This document shows positions 44,434-58,315 of a stretch of DNA of 61,252 nt, piece after piece. A model generated the notes under the pieces. The model did not search any database, was not told where the DNA came from, and worked only from the letters and a program-made list of their open reading frames with translations. Position 1 is the stretch's first letter; the number at the start of each line of letters is the position of its first letter. The position numbers and the translations under genes were made by a program. Source of the DNA: Bigelowiella natans CCMP2755 (taxonomy: Eukaryota; Protista; Cercozoa); contig ADNK01000747.1 of the NCBI GenBank assembly GCA_000320545.1, forward strand, positions 1 to 61,252. Reading direction: 5' to 3'.

Positions 44434-44925
44434 GACTGCTTGTTTCTGCTGGTCGTTGTGCGAGGCGGTTGGGCCCGCTTTGATTTCAGCACTAGTCGAA
44501 AGGATTCGCTTGTCGCAACCTGCAGAACGAGGGGCGTTCCTAAACTTTTTGCGCTTATTTTCTTGTCGCATCTCTTAAATGTCAATCCCGTGTCAAACGG
44601 CTGCGAGTGCGAGCGAGAAAGACTCCAGGCGGCTCCTCGGGCTGAGGCGCACGTGGTCAAGTCGGGATCCCTTTCATCGGGGAAACATCTGAAGAAATTG
44701 GACCCAGTAATTAGTACCAAATTTTTTAGGATCTAGAAAAATTATTATACGGGAATCATCCTATGATACAACCTGCGACAGTATATTGATCAACGCTGCG
44801 ACTGCAAACAGCATTCGGAACGGAAGATACCCGAACGGATCGGCCGGGGCGGGTCGGGTCGGGTAGTTCGCACAAGCAGAGTGGGAACCAACAGAGAGGG
44901 CATTCCGATAGGCTCTCCATTATAA

Positions 44926-46052
44926 ATGGCGTGCGAAACCTTGGTGAAGCTGATTTGCGAGGATGGCTTCGTTCTGGCAGGAACGTTGTTTCGTCCGAGC
45001 TCTTCTCCTCGATCACCAATCACTAGGCCGGCGATTGTCATCTCGTGTGCTACTGGGGTACATAATGCAAATCTCGGAGACATAGTTGAGCACAAAACTC
45101 CTTCCAAATTTAGGTTACGCAGGCCTTCTATCATCCATTTGCCCGGTACTTGTGCTCCTGTGGCTGTGCAGTCCTCACCTATGACTTCCGAGGGATAGGG
45201 TTGTCGTTCCCCGGTTGGGTTCCATCGCAGAAGGACAAAGATGGTTGACACTAACAGAAAACATTTGCCTCTGAAATCGTAGATTTGATGCTTAAGAATG
45301 GACATCATTATTTTCTAGGAACCCCTCTCTTTTTAGATGAGGCGAAGAAGATCGCCGCCCTTAAGTATGAGCTCTGTAACACGACGATTTCGACTCACTG
45401 GGGCAAGCTAGATCAATCCGCGGCCTTGAAATTCATGATCGATTTGTTTCCTAATTGTGAGCTCGCAGTGGTCGGCCACTCTCTCGGTGGACACATAAGT
45501 GGGATGTCTAAATGGAGGGACCACATCAAGCGATTCGTCTTTATCTCTGTCAACAACGCCCATTACACCTGCGCTAGGAAGCCCTTGAGTCGATTGCTCG
45601 AGATGTTCGCCATCCCCGCTGCGGCAGTGGCATGTGGATACTTGCCCACGAAAAGATTGGGCTTGTTTGAGAACCTCCCGAGGGACGCGGCGAGAGAATG
45701 GGCATTCTTTTCGAGGCAGCGAGATTACATTTTTTCGCTGCCCGGATACAAAGAGCGCTATCGAGATTTCAAAACTGACATTCTTGCGGTTAGCTTCACT
45801 GACGACGAGTATAGCGTAGAGCCCGCATTCAGCAGCCTCCTCAACGTTTTCCCTCGCTGTAAAATTGAACATGTTCATCTTGCGCCTGATCGTGTTGGGC
45901 TGAAAAGAGTGGGGCACATGGGGTTTTTCCGTGCAAAGAACAAAGAGAAATTGTGGAACTTGGTTGGAAACTTCTTGCTTGGAACGACAAAAGACAAAGG
46001 AAACAAAAATATCGCTGACAGTCTTGGGACATCTTTAGCTTCAAAATTATAA
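44926..46052 (+). CDS. Alpha/beta hydrolase (COG4757-type) with C-terminal peroxisomal PTS1 (SKL)
   Basis: DGFVLAGTLF, ATGVTQAFYHPFARYL, VLTYDFRGIG, GHSLGG nucleophile elbow, SFTDD, VGHMGFFR; ends -ASKL*. Two introns. Confidence 0.85.
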
Positions 46053-46901
46053 CAAAGTATATAAAAGCCGATTGCGCGCCCTCATCAGTAATCATAAACA
46101 ATGGTTTACAGCTGCACCCCAATAATCACATGTTGGCAGCATACATATGGCAGCAAATAGCGCGGTGTGTATCGCGATCGTGCGTGCTATACATGGAAGT
46201 ACAAGTGGTGAGCTGTAATATGACTTCAATAAATTTTAGCTATGTAGCGCAACCTTGCGTTTAGCTAGTAGCTAGCTAGTAGGGCATATGTTATATGTCT
46301 TCTAGTCTTCAGGAAGATGATATGTACATGTAGCGGTGCTGCACTTATATTTGCTGCATGCTGTTCTAGTGTTGTGGTTGTCACTATATACATATATAGC
46401 TATACAAATTTACATCCGTCTCACATATATAGCTATACAAATTTGCACTCATAAATTTTGCCTGGTTACTTACTTAAAGATCACGTATCTGGCACATGCT
46501 CGATCGTCGCGAACATCCAGACGAACGCCTTGACGTATCGTAGTCTCGCGCGCAACGTGGCTACTTATTTGGCTAGGCTATGCGTTGCTATAGCAATATG
46601 CAATTACGTGTTTGTCTGACATGCGTACGGATGGATCGATCTCAATAACCAGCATTGAGCATCCCGTACGCGCCTTGTTGCACTGACTACACGTTAGAAG
46701 TGTTTATGTCGAGGCTAGCGTACAATGCTATATATCGGTATACATTGTTTCTATGTACAAATGGGCATGATGCTGCAACAAATTGAAACATCAGTGTTTC
46801 AGTACAGCCTAGATATACATGTAAATCCTATAAATCCTGCGTCCCTTTCACCTTTGCATTTGATGACAAGATCCCGCGGGACACGCATATGCATGTGATC
46901 G

Positions 46902-48645
46902 TTACTTTTTGAGTTGAGGAAACCACAACACGAAAGAAGACCTAAGTTCTTTTGTGGCACTATTGATCTCATCATTGAGAAGCACCTGATATTTTGTCAG
47001 AATCAATCATTATTCATTCATCAAAATTCAAATTTATGAAGTCGTCCACCTTATCGAAAAACTCCGGCTTCTCTTTCAAAAATTGTAATTCCCGCTGTGA
47101 TGTCTTTAAACGTTTGAGAATTTTGTCCTCCGACTCTGTGCCCCGACCCCGTAACCTCTTCTCAAGCTCTATTATTCCCCCAGAAGTCGTAATAAACAGA
47201 AACTTCGCTTCAACACCAGACTCCTTAATAGTTTGAGCGCCTTGGACGTCTATTTCCAATATGCAAACGCCTCCCTTCTCGCATACCTTATTCACTGCAG
47301 CTTTGCTGGTACCATAATACTTTCCATGGACGTCAGCTAACTCAAGAAATTCTTTATTGTCACGCATCGCCTCAAACGTCTGCTTGTCAACGAAGTGGTA
47401 ATGTGTGCCGTCTTTCTCTCCGCTCCTCGGCCCACGGGTGGTGTGCGAGATCGCAACGCCGAACATCCCAGGATATTGTTTTTTCAGTATGCCAAGGATG
47501 GTTCCCTTGCCTACTGCGGAGGGGCCACAAATTACGACAAGATTTGCCTTTGACCCGAGCTTCTGTTCCACATTCTTTGGGCGGGGTGTTTCGTTCTTGT
47601 TGAGAGCACCAGACTCGATAATCTTCTCGCTCTCAGCCGCGGAGGCCAACGGTAAAGCACCAATGCTTAATAGTTTAAGAGGGTTTTTTTCCGTGCCATT
47701 GTTATCGCCATCATCGTTAAAGCCCAACATGGACCGACCGGTTTTTGCACGAAGCTTCTCCAGTGCGACCTTACGAACAGCTGTCAGGTACTCACAAAGT
47801 GACACCTTCTTATCGGAATCTAAATCAATGGAGGTAAACGCCCTTACGAGCTTGTGTTTCCCTTGGCTGGCCTCCTTCATCGTTACTTGATCCTCTTGAA
47901 TACCGAGAAATCCCGCTACTTCCCGATTACCGGCACGCACTTGCTTGATCAGCTCCGTCATGGTCACGTAACCGTCAGAGTTCCGGTCGATTTGGTTGAA
48001 CTGTTTCTCGGCTCTCTTTAATAGCTCAGCAATCTTCATGGCAGACATTACAGTGGGATCAGCTGTCTTCAGCACACTCTCTGGCCAGTCGCAATCTGCC
48101 GATCGGGTGGGGACGGCGTCGAAAGAGAAGAAAGTAAAACAAGAGAAAGAGAGGGGGGGGGGATGATTAGGGGAGGGGGGGGAGGGGGGACAGCAAAGGT
48201 GGATAAAATGACAGCACAATGTTATTGAACTGTCCTGATTGAAAGCAGTATATATCGCCAATACCCTGAATATAGTCAATGAGAAACTGCAGAGGATCCT
48301 CTGGTGTTTTCATGGCCAACACATTGATCAGGTCCTAATGATAGGTATGTCAACCTCAGTTATTGCTATTGCCAGGAACAACTTCTACGTGCACCTCCAT
48401 CAGAAGCTCCACGGTCTGATCGTCGTAGTGGCGATTCCTCTGCTGCAAGAGCGTAGAATAAAGCAACGAAATTTACATGGTCAGCATCGACCTTATCATC
48501 GAATTGAAACAAATGTTTTTGTTAAATATGAGGCCTCTCGTGTTGCATAGAAAGAGTCTGTACTTCTACGCGCCAGTGAAGCAAAGGCAGCGATATACGG
48601 GGCGTCTAGGAATAGATCACGTACCCCTCTTTCCACGACCTCCAT
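46902..48645 (-). CDS. Guanylate kinase with N-terminal Dpy-30/RIIa-type docking motif and EF-hand pair
   Basis: ICGPSAVGKGT, SHTTRGPRSGEKDGTHYHFV, HGKYYGTS and LEIDVQGA. EF loops DRNSDGYVTMTE and DLDSDKKVSLCE. Upstream exons LLME|DLINVLAMKTPEDPLQFLIDYI. Last exon ends WFPQLKK*. Start uncertain. Confidence 0.85.
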
Positions 48646-49139
48646 CCTTGCTGTTTCTCGAGTGTGTGCTCGTATGAACGAACTAACTGCGACTCAGAAA
48701 AAGAACACGGCGTAGATATCTCTCAAAAGATATCTGCGACAAGGATAAATCTGTGTCGCAGAGTCGTTTCACCCTCAGCTCAAGTAGATTGTGAAAAAAA
48801 ACCGTGTGTGTGTCATCAGGGTGCTCGTGAAGCAGTTTCCCCTCGGAAAGGCGACCCGCGCTCGCTAGCTCCCCATCTCGTCTTCTCTGTCCTCTTTTCT
48901 GGTCTGTGCTTTGAGGCCCTTTCAGAGCATTCGAGGAATCCTTGTACGGACCAAACAAAAACCTCCCCGTCTGCCGTCTGTCGGTATTCAAGTGAAAACT
49001 GACTGCAGCTGAATTATCATTGAGAGGGGAGATTTGGTGTCGATCATGCCCAATCTCAGGAAGTATCTCACAGTTTGAACTGTTTCGTAATAGGTTTGCC
49101 ACTCAGTTCTGAAGAGCTTCCGTACTTTGCACGCAGATT

Positions 49140-50185
49140 ATGAAGGGCAGGTTTTCATTATCAGGCTCCAGGCCGAGATCTAAGTTGAGCTCAAAGCGTG
49201 GCTCTGCGAAGTCGAAGAGGTTTACGCCTAGCCGATCGATGTCACTCACCGCTACAACATCATCGTCCCCACAATTGACACCGCTTAGCCCCCCAAGAAT
49301 ATCCGCTCCTACATCACCAGATCTGAGGAGAGCTGTATCTATGTTTCCCCCGATAACTTCACCTCGCTCTCCAACAACCCCTCGCTCTCCCTCATTGAAG
49401 TCCCCGAAATCCTCGAAGTCAACACCAACTTATATGCTGCCAACCCGAAGGAAAAGCACGCTGGGAAGACCAGTTAAGGACAGAATTCTTCCAAAAGTGG
49501 GCCCGAACCTAAAGCAAATGGTGAAGAATACAGAATCGCGGCGGGTTTTTTTGGGTCGAAAAGGTATTCTTCAGCTCCATGCGTGATCCCCTCCTCTCCC
49601 TGTCTCCCAATATGTATTTGTGCCTAGATACATTTCCCTCTTATGCCTTTGATTATTCTATAAAATATATTAGATAAGATCATCAAGTTAGTAGCGGAGG
49701 ATGGAGCCGAATTCAAGATCAGCCGCAGATGGGCTTGCATATCATCGTATATAAAAAAAGCGTGTGAAGACGACAAAGTCTCAACAGTAACAATCACAAA
49801 AGTAGACGAAGAAAGTCTAGAAAGAATTTGTGAGTATATGGAAAACCGAAAAGGGGATGACTTCATCAAAGTTTCTAAGACATTGAAGGTGACCATGTTG
49901 GATAATGTCGGCAAGGATTTTGCCTGGTGTGCAAAGTGGATCGATCTCAGAGCTAGACACCGACCGAAGTTTTACAAATTAATTGCTGCTGCAAATCACA
50001 TGGGCATCAGCGGCCTTGTCAGCCTTGGAGTTACGAAAATCGCGACATTGCTGAAGTACTGTAGAACTGAGGACATTGATCGTGTTTTGGACCCACATAT
50101 CACCGATGGACAACTTCGCCAATTGCGGAAATTCGTTGTTGTCAATGGCAAGAGTAAAGAAAAGAGTTACAATTCCGGCACATAG
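49140..50185 (+). CDS. Skp1-family protein with Ser/Pro-rich N-terminal extension (intron ~49564-49673)
   Basis: IIKLVAEDGAEFKISRRWACISSYIK, VDEESLERICEYM and LIAAANHMGISGLVSLGVTKIATLLK. Confidence 0.8.
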
Positions 50186-50887
50186 ACTGGCCCTGCACAA
50201 TCTCATCTTTTTCGGACAATAGCTGAGATCAAGATTACTAGATTAGTAATAAGCCATGTATCTCAACTTGATACTGCCTTTCCAGGAGTTGAATATTTGA
50301 ACACAAACGAAGGTTGCATTTCTTCCATTGGAAAATGAAAGATTCTATCAAATTTCTGCAGGAAATAGTATTTTGATAATTCTAGGAATTGTCTGATGAG
50401 ATTGAGACACATCTCGTCTGGATATATCTAAAGATGTATTTTTGAAGCTCACTATACTGTATACTCCCGCTCTGTATCTTCAGAGCAATAACGATGCCAC
50501 AATTAGCATATGAAATAACAAAGCTTTTCATACACATTTAATAGCATGCTAGCATGTTCTAATGCGACAATGCGACATCGCGCGCTGAGCAGCTGATATA
50601 GTTACGTAAGATACACAATAGTACGTCTCGAAGTAACGATTTCCTAATGTGTGCGTGCAGTTGTTTGTAGTTTTTAAATCCTCGTAGATCGTGCAGGACA
50701 AATATGATGATAATCAGGCACCTGCCCTGTACGATACACACATACTTAATAAATTCATATGCGCAATAGCACGAGCAAGTACATACAAGTGGCCATCATG
50801 TAAAGAAGCAACTTTCTTGGATATCGGTATATATCCTAGTATATATTTCCTGCATAAATGCTTTGACATTTGTCGAATCAAATTTTG

Positions 50888-53250
50888 TCATCTCCTTGAG
50901 AACACAACTCCATAGACAAGAAAGCGTTTCCGGCCTTGGTTCCACTGCCACGGCTCCAGAAGTTTGATACTTTTGGGTTCGACCAGGTCATGAAGTCTGA
51001 GATAGCAGTTGCAGCGAGAAATTCGCGGGAATTTTGCAAGTACAAGGCGGAAGCTGAGACTACGTTAGTTTCAATGTATGTCGAGTATTGAGTGAGCATC
51101 TAGCATGCGAATATTTTTACATTTTAAATCAACTTTTGCTCTGTCTCTTGTCATTGTACCTTCCTGTTTTGAGTGCCGCGACTACGGATTCCCTTCGTGT
51201 TCCATGGAAAAAGTTGTTTTCCTCCTCCGCTAAATCGGCCAGTCCTTCCCAGTCACCCTCTGCTTTTAATTTTGCATACTTCGAGCCTTTCATCGACAGA
51301 AAAGATACCATGTCGATGACTACAATCCCTACACCTGCAACAACAAGGACGGATAACTAAGATGCTTGGATAGATAGTATTAGCGATCGAAAGACGTCGT
51401 ATCACTATAAGCGAAATCAAACCGCCAGGCTTTAAGACGCTGGCCAGGGCCTTATGAAGTAAGAGGTTGAAACAGCTATAGTAAGAAGTAAAAATGCACG
51501 ACGAGGGAAATGGAATTCATCGTCGACTAATCCCTACACAGTTGCAAAGATTATGATGATGCTGCGATTCACCTACCTCTAAATATCGATATCGAAGCTG
51601 GATCAGGAGAGGTAACTGCATAGTAAACGTTATTATCGTTGGTGGTGATATTGAATGGTTTTGGTGCTGCCTCTTTTCTCGGGAGATATCGAAAGGTCGT
51701 ATTTGCATCACGATAAGAGAGAAGATATCTGTATATATGATAGCCGCTAAATAGCTTGTAAATATGATAATACAAATGTCTGTGGGTGTAGCTGATTGCT
51801 CAGGTGGCTAACCAAGGCGTCTACCTGCCAAGAATGAGAAAGTGTTAGTCAAGTAACTCGATACTCTGTGTTAGCGCAATACAATGGTTAGAAAAGGGGA
51901 GAGATGGCATGGCGACATACGATTTGAGAAAGCACGCATATGGAGATGCTGACGTCAAAACCTAAGTGAAGCATGGTTATATTTATGGCCCAAACTTAAT
52001 GATAACCCTCGTTGATTTTAATCCCCACTTTTAGCTTCAATGACCTTTGCTCTCCACAACTATTGGTATGCTGAGATTTCCCATCAGATGAGCATCAATA
52101 GAGCCCTGGACCAGAGGGTCGTCATCCTGAGAAATGATTTAGATTGAAATATTAAAAGCGGAAGTATGACAAATGGGACCACTACGGAAGACGCAGTTTC
52201 AAAAAGAGTTGCGCTTTTGCAGCAAATCACTGCTGCGAGAGCCAGCACTTCGTTGTCCCCTCCCGATGTATATGTTGTATTAATAATTTGTTCTTAATCA
52301 AAATTACGTTACCAGAAGCATCCTGCGCAGTAACTCGACTGTTTGCTGTGGCAGTGCTCCTATTTCCAAACAGAAAAAACGTGAAGGGTATGACATTCGT
52401 ACATGCGTTGCCAACTGTTGAAATGATATTCCGAGATCAACAGTTATTGCTGTATTTCTCCACAAATTATCGGTGATAGTAAGATTTTGGTTTAACTCCT
52501 AGATTTTGCGACTTGTTCTCGATAAAGACAATTGGTTTACCTTGGTGATCTTGCTGCGCGTTAGCATACGAAGCAAGAGTCGGGAAGAATTTGCTACCGG
52601 CAAGGTCGAGGTTTCCTACAATGCCGATATGCTGCTGCAGTAACGGCTTGACCCTATCTGAAATTAGAAGAATCCCCAATAAATTGAGTGATATGATTTT
52701 ATGAAAATCCAATTGAATTTCACTGTTATGAATTGATCCCCCAAAAGCCACAAGACTACCCCGCATGTGCTATTTGACTAAAATTTCATCACATTCTCCC
52801 CACCTCTGGCGAACGTAAGAGCGTCTTCATCCACATCCACTAGATGAATATAGGCATACCTTTCTGCAAGTAGATCCAAATCTACATCATTACAGTTTCC
52901 AGCTCCAATATCTATCAACGTCTGGGTTATTTGTAGCGAAAAAATCATTTTTGTCACGTAGAACGCGATTGAGCTGTACAACCATGTTTCCCCGGTCTAG
53001 TCTTCTTTCAACTTCATTGAGGATGCTCATAACCTACCATTTTAAATAATCACGCCGTTTGTATTTTCATGCAATCTACAAGTGGCAATGCAGTGTCTAC
53101 ATGATTGCGATGATCCGTATACTCCTCCCACCCGGATCGTGACTGGGACGAAGTAAAATTTAGTTTTTCAGAAGATCGAAGCGATGTGGTAGTTACACCA
53201 GAATGTTATTCTTGTGTTCATTCATCCAGATACGAGATAGAGGACTAGAA
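50888..53250 (-). CDS. Putative class I SAM-dependent methyltransferase of bacterial type, multi-exon
   Basis: WEEYTDHRNH, LIDIGAGNCNDVDLDLLAERYAYIHLVDVDEDAL (motifs I and II), NFFHGT and PWQWNQGRKRFLVYGVVF*. The 5' end is unresolved and may extend toward 54400. Confidence 0.65.
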
Positions 53251-54928
53251 GGTCCCTCCTACTCCCCACACATTCACAAACTTCAATAACGTTAATAAGA
53301 CTACTTTGAACGTGCATCCACTTTCTTTTCAGCCTCGTGAAACCACCCTATGAACAATATCATGGCCCCGAGTCCCTAACCAGTTGAAAGAATTTATAAA
53401 TGTAATGTAGTCATTTCTGAAGAATCCGACCAGGCCAAAAAATGTAACAAATCGTTGCCACGGATGGGTGCTCTTTTCCCCAAATGAATTCACCATCGAT
53501 GGATGATTGGCTCTTTCTGGACGCCCTTTCCGCCTTCCATTTTTTCTTTGCCTTTACGAAAACCACACGTTAGTCGAGGGACACCAAAGCGAGGTACGGG
53601 TCGAAGCCCTTCTAACCTGGTCATGCTGCTATTCGCGGAAGCGAGGTCTTCAATTTCATTGCTTACGACAAGGAGAACGAGTACTTCTCAATAGAAAACC
53701 CCCTTCGATAGCTAGCAGTCCCCATCTCCGCCTCAAAACCCAATATCGGAAACTGGCCGATTTTCAGAGATTCTATTCACGGAGACTCCTCCGAGACGCT
53801 CGAATACCGTCATTGACAGTTCGCGGGAAGCCATTGCTACGTACGAGCTCTGTCCAGGATCCAACCTTCTCAACCACTAAGCTCGAAAGCGAGTTATGCG
53901 CCTCGTTGGCAATGGTTAATTGGGAATGCAGCAGGTTTGTGAGCAACTATGTTTAGAAACATCACCTTGGAAAAACACACGTCTCTATTCAGGTGCCAGT
54001 TTGTTGGTAACTCGGAAACGTCAGCCATTTGCGAGTAAGTTCGCGCCTTTGAGCTCTGATTTTCTTCGGCTAATGACCTTTGGTTCCTGGTCAGATTGTG
54101 TGACGAGCCAAGACCAGACATGAAAAGAGATATTCAAAAGAAACCTGCATCGAAACTGGAAACAAGTTCGGTGGATGCGGGCATTGATGAGGTATGGTTG
54201 GCAGTGGCTGCACGCGCTTCTTCACTGATTTCACTCTATTTTTCATGATAGATAATAAAGTTGGGAATAACCTCCGATCGCTCCGTTTGCCGCGTAGCTT
54301 TACGGGAAGCCGATGTAGCCCTCTTTTCAACAGATGAAATACGTATTGAGGTGTCTTGTTCTCTCTACAGGGGGATTTGGAGACTGCGATCAACTTTATA
54401 TGTGACCAAAAATCAGAGGTGAGAAACCAAACAATTTGTGATATGGATATGAATCTAATGTACCCTATTGCTTAGAGTTCAAAGAAAAGCAAGAAGAAAA
54501 GAATTCCCCGAATTCCACGAGTACAGAAAATATATCAACCAATGATTCCTAATCGTGAAGTTTTCAAAAAAAAATTTAAAAAAGTATCGTATAATCGATG
54601 AATCAGCTTTGCAACATAGGATACGGACCCAAAATTTTCGTCGTCTCTTCGTAATGAACTTAAATTTTCACTATTCAGAAAACGGATCGCCGTGATAGCC
54701 TGGAGACTGCTGGCTCCAAATCAGATCACAGCTTCAGGTACTATTGCCATCTTCACACTTTCGGTCAATGCAAATGAGTACATATTTTTTCGAATCTGGC
54801 ACCCAATGGCAACAATACCATGCATAAATGACATGCATGATTGTGGTGATGATGATAATTATACGTATTCACATGCATATTCGTGATATTCGTAAATATC
54901 TAGTGTGATATCCCCGTCTCCGAGGAAA

Positions 54929-57730
54929 ATGCCCCCAATTAAGGACTCCATCCAGCACATTACCGATCTAACAGGCTGTAATACTACTAAGCTCTAATCA
55001 TTAAAATGACCTAGCAAGCACTTTTGTTTGGCATGAGGAAGACGAATCATGTTATGTCGTACGCTATCAGGCAAGAGAACCGATCTAATACACCGGTTAC
55101 TGCTAATGCACCGGCACAATAGAAACGCCGTCGCCGATCAACTGTTCTCTCACAGTGAGGAGGAATTGTGGAGGATGATCAAGAAGAAGGACCGCAGCAA
55201 GCGAGAGAAGTCCCTTCGGTCGCTCGTGAAGAGCGAAGAGAACAAGTCTTCAATGGCAGCCTCACAGAGAGCAATGCGCTCCGTTGACATGGCAGCAAAA
55301 AGAAACAGGAGACAGCATAGTAGTGAAAATTCTTCATCTTCGAAGAGGCAACGCCAGTCTCAGGATGATGATGATGATGATGATGTTGGTAGCACTCGAC
55401 GGAAAGGACGCCTACGCGCTTGGAATAGTAAACCCAAGAAAAAAAGAAGAAACACAGTTATTGAGAGCGATGAGGAGGACGAGGAAGACGACGATATGGC
55501 TCGCTTTGTCGTTGACGACGACGAAGTCGAAGAAGAGGTAACCCTCATTGAGGAGCAAGAAGAGCTTGCGCCAATCGAAAGCAGCGACGAAGAGGAGAGT
55601 GAGGAGTATGAAGATGAGGATGAATTCGACTCGGAAAAAGTGATTCAAGAGGTTGTCGACACCTGCCAACTCCATGGAAAAGAGATTAAAGAAGGAATCG
55701 TAAGCAAAGAGCCGCAAGTAAATGGGGAGGACATCAGTAAGCTAGGCCCTATCACCCTGAAGGAATTCCAGATTTACGGCGTGAGATGGCTCTATCGCCT
55801 CTTCGAACTGAACCTCAATGGTGTCCTCGCGGACGAAATGGGGCTTGGGAAAACTATCCAGACGATAGGACTACTGCGGCTGATACACAAACACCATCCA
55901 GAAGGTCGGAGTCATGGCCTAGCTGATATGCAGTTTTGGCGATTAGACACCATGAATCATGCATGCGCCATCTTCTTCTCCTGACCAACAATATTATCGC
56001 CCTCCACCCCCCTCCCCGCCCCCCCCTCTCTCTCTTGGTGTCTATCTGTATGCGTTTTAGGAGGGCCCAGCCTTATTGTAGCTCCAACAAGCGTCCTGGA
56101 TAACTGGATGCGGGAGTTCGGTAAGATTTGCCCTTCACTCAGGGTGGCAAAGTATCATGGCAGCCAAAAGGACCGCCTACATCTTCAGGCCGAACTCATC
56201 GACGGGAAGAGAACGCCGCTCTTCGACGTGCTGGTCACTTCCTACTCCATATTCGAAAAGGAGACCTCCAAATTCGACCGCGCTTGGGTGAGGAAAAGGC
56301 GATTTCGGTTCATGGTGCTGGACGAGGGCCACAACATAAAGAACCAGAAAGGCAGCCGATTTCTCTTTCTCTCCGGGGTCGGTGCGAAGCACAGGCTGAT
56401 ACTCTCAGGCACCCCCATCCAGAACAACATTCAGGAGCTACTAGCTCTGCTCGTGTTTCTGATGCCGGACATCTTCACACACGGGCAGTCGCAGGAGGTC
56501 CTTGGGGACATTGCGGATAAAGAGAGAAGCACCGACGTGTTCCGCAGGTTGCTAGAGCCATTCTGCCTAAGACGGGTGAAAACGCACGTTCTCAAGGAAA
56601 TGAGCCCGAAGAAGGACCTCATCTTCAAGCTCTGCCTTGCAGAAAAGCAGCGTGCTGCGTACGACACCGTGGTCTCAGACTACAAGAACTCCTATAAGCG
56701 AAGGCAGACTCACATCTTCACCGAGCTTCGTAAGGCGGCAAACCACCCCCTACTGCTCCGCCAGCACTACAACGACTCGATGCTCTCGGAGATCGCCGGG
56801 CTGCTCATCCACAGTCCGAACATGTCAATCCAGTGCAGAGACCCGCACGCGAAGGCGCTGGATATGCTTCGGAAGATGTCCGACTTCAGAATCCACATGA
56901 CGTGCGTGGAAGAGGGAGAGCACGTGCCGAAGCTGAACTCGTTCCTCCTCACGACGGAGCGCTTCAACAACGTAAACCTGCTCAAATCTGCCAAGTTTGA
57001 CTTTCTCAAGGAGAAGCTCCCGCAGCTGGTGGCCGAGGAGCACCGCGTGTTGATATTTAGCCAGTGGACGTCTCTCCTCGATATTCTTGAGCTTCTGATG
57101 GAGGATTTAGCCCTCCAGTACCTGAGACTTGACGGTTCAACCCCAGCAAGCGAGCGCCAGGAACTTATCGACACTTTCAATGGTGACAGTAACTTCAAGG
57201 TATTCCTCCTCTCGACGAAAAGCGGAGGAGTCGGCCTCAATCTAACCAGCGCGGACACGGTCATTCTCCACGACTTGGACTTCAACCCGCAGAATGACCT
57301 GCAGGCGGAGAATCGGTGCCATCGAATCGGGCAGAAAAAGCTGGTCACGGTGATGCGCCTAGTGAGCAAGGACACCGTCGACGAGCATATCTTCGCCATT
57401 GCAAACAAGAAAAGGAAGTTGAATGAGGCCGTGCTGGCACCGCCCGCGCAATCGAACAAGCAAGTGATGTCCTCGCTAATCAAGGAGCTTATGACTAGTG
57501 CGAAAAATAAAAGGAATGACGATAGGAAGAAGAATAAGCAGGGAGGGGCAGGAGGTGGAGCAACCCCGAAAACGAAAACAGGGTCAAAGCTGGGGGATAA
57601 GAAGATGTCCCAAGATTTTAAGGGTAAGAGCGCTCGTGCTAAAGCAGAGCAGGAGAATTCGCCACCGCGCAAGCAAAAAGCAGCGTCGTCCATGGAAGCA
57701 GAAGTCATATCGCTATTATCGTCCCAATAA
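54929..57730 (+). CDS. SMARCAD1/Fun30/ETL1-like SNF2 chromatin remodeller with N-terminal UBA/CUE-like motif
   Basis: [53 protein letters not shown] and [11 protein letters not shown]. Spliced N-terminus [20 protein letters not shown]...NAVADQLF. Introns ~54978-55070 and ~55904-56060. Confidence 0.9.
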
Positions 57731-58315
57731 AAGATGCCGTGATGCTGTAAATAGCACAGCCATTATTACGAGATGTTACTATAGCGATCGTTTAGATTGT
57801 GACTGAGTGATGACAATGTCGCATAATTGTTTGCCCTACGCAACGCTGATGAGACACAGGGTATAAAACGTTCATATTTTAGTATATTTCAATTGTGTCC
57901 GTGCTGAGGAGCGATTTCATTCCTCCTGCAATGTTCGGCATAACGCACGATCGAACCACTTGTCCAGAGGCATACATGCATGAGCTATGGTGAGAGGTAT
58001 TGTGCCATACTAGCATATTTTGCGTGATATAAAGCAACTGATGAACGTGCCTAGCTAGCTAGTCATAGTCTAGGTACACACATGCGCTTATGCAAATAAA
58101 GCATCATTCTGCATTGTGCATGCAATCTGATCGTGAACACCATGGCTATGTGCAGCAGCTGCTCGAACAGTGATAAGAGTTCATGTACGAATTAATGCAG
58201 ATTACGCATGATCAGTTATACATCATTATCACTTGCTGACTTGGGCTACTGGGAAAAGTGGTACACGTGCTGTGCGCTACATTGCAATGTGATTATTTCT
58301 CAACATGTTCCATCA

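Noticed and set aside
53500-54400. Several short ORFs on both strands between the methyltransferase and SNF2 genes
   Set aside because: No family motif. Could be 5' exons of the methyltransferase, but no consistent model could be built.
56767-57708. 313-aa minus-strand ORF
   Set aside because: Antisense shadow of the SNF2 helicase CDS.
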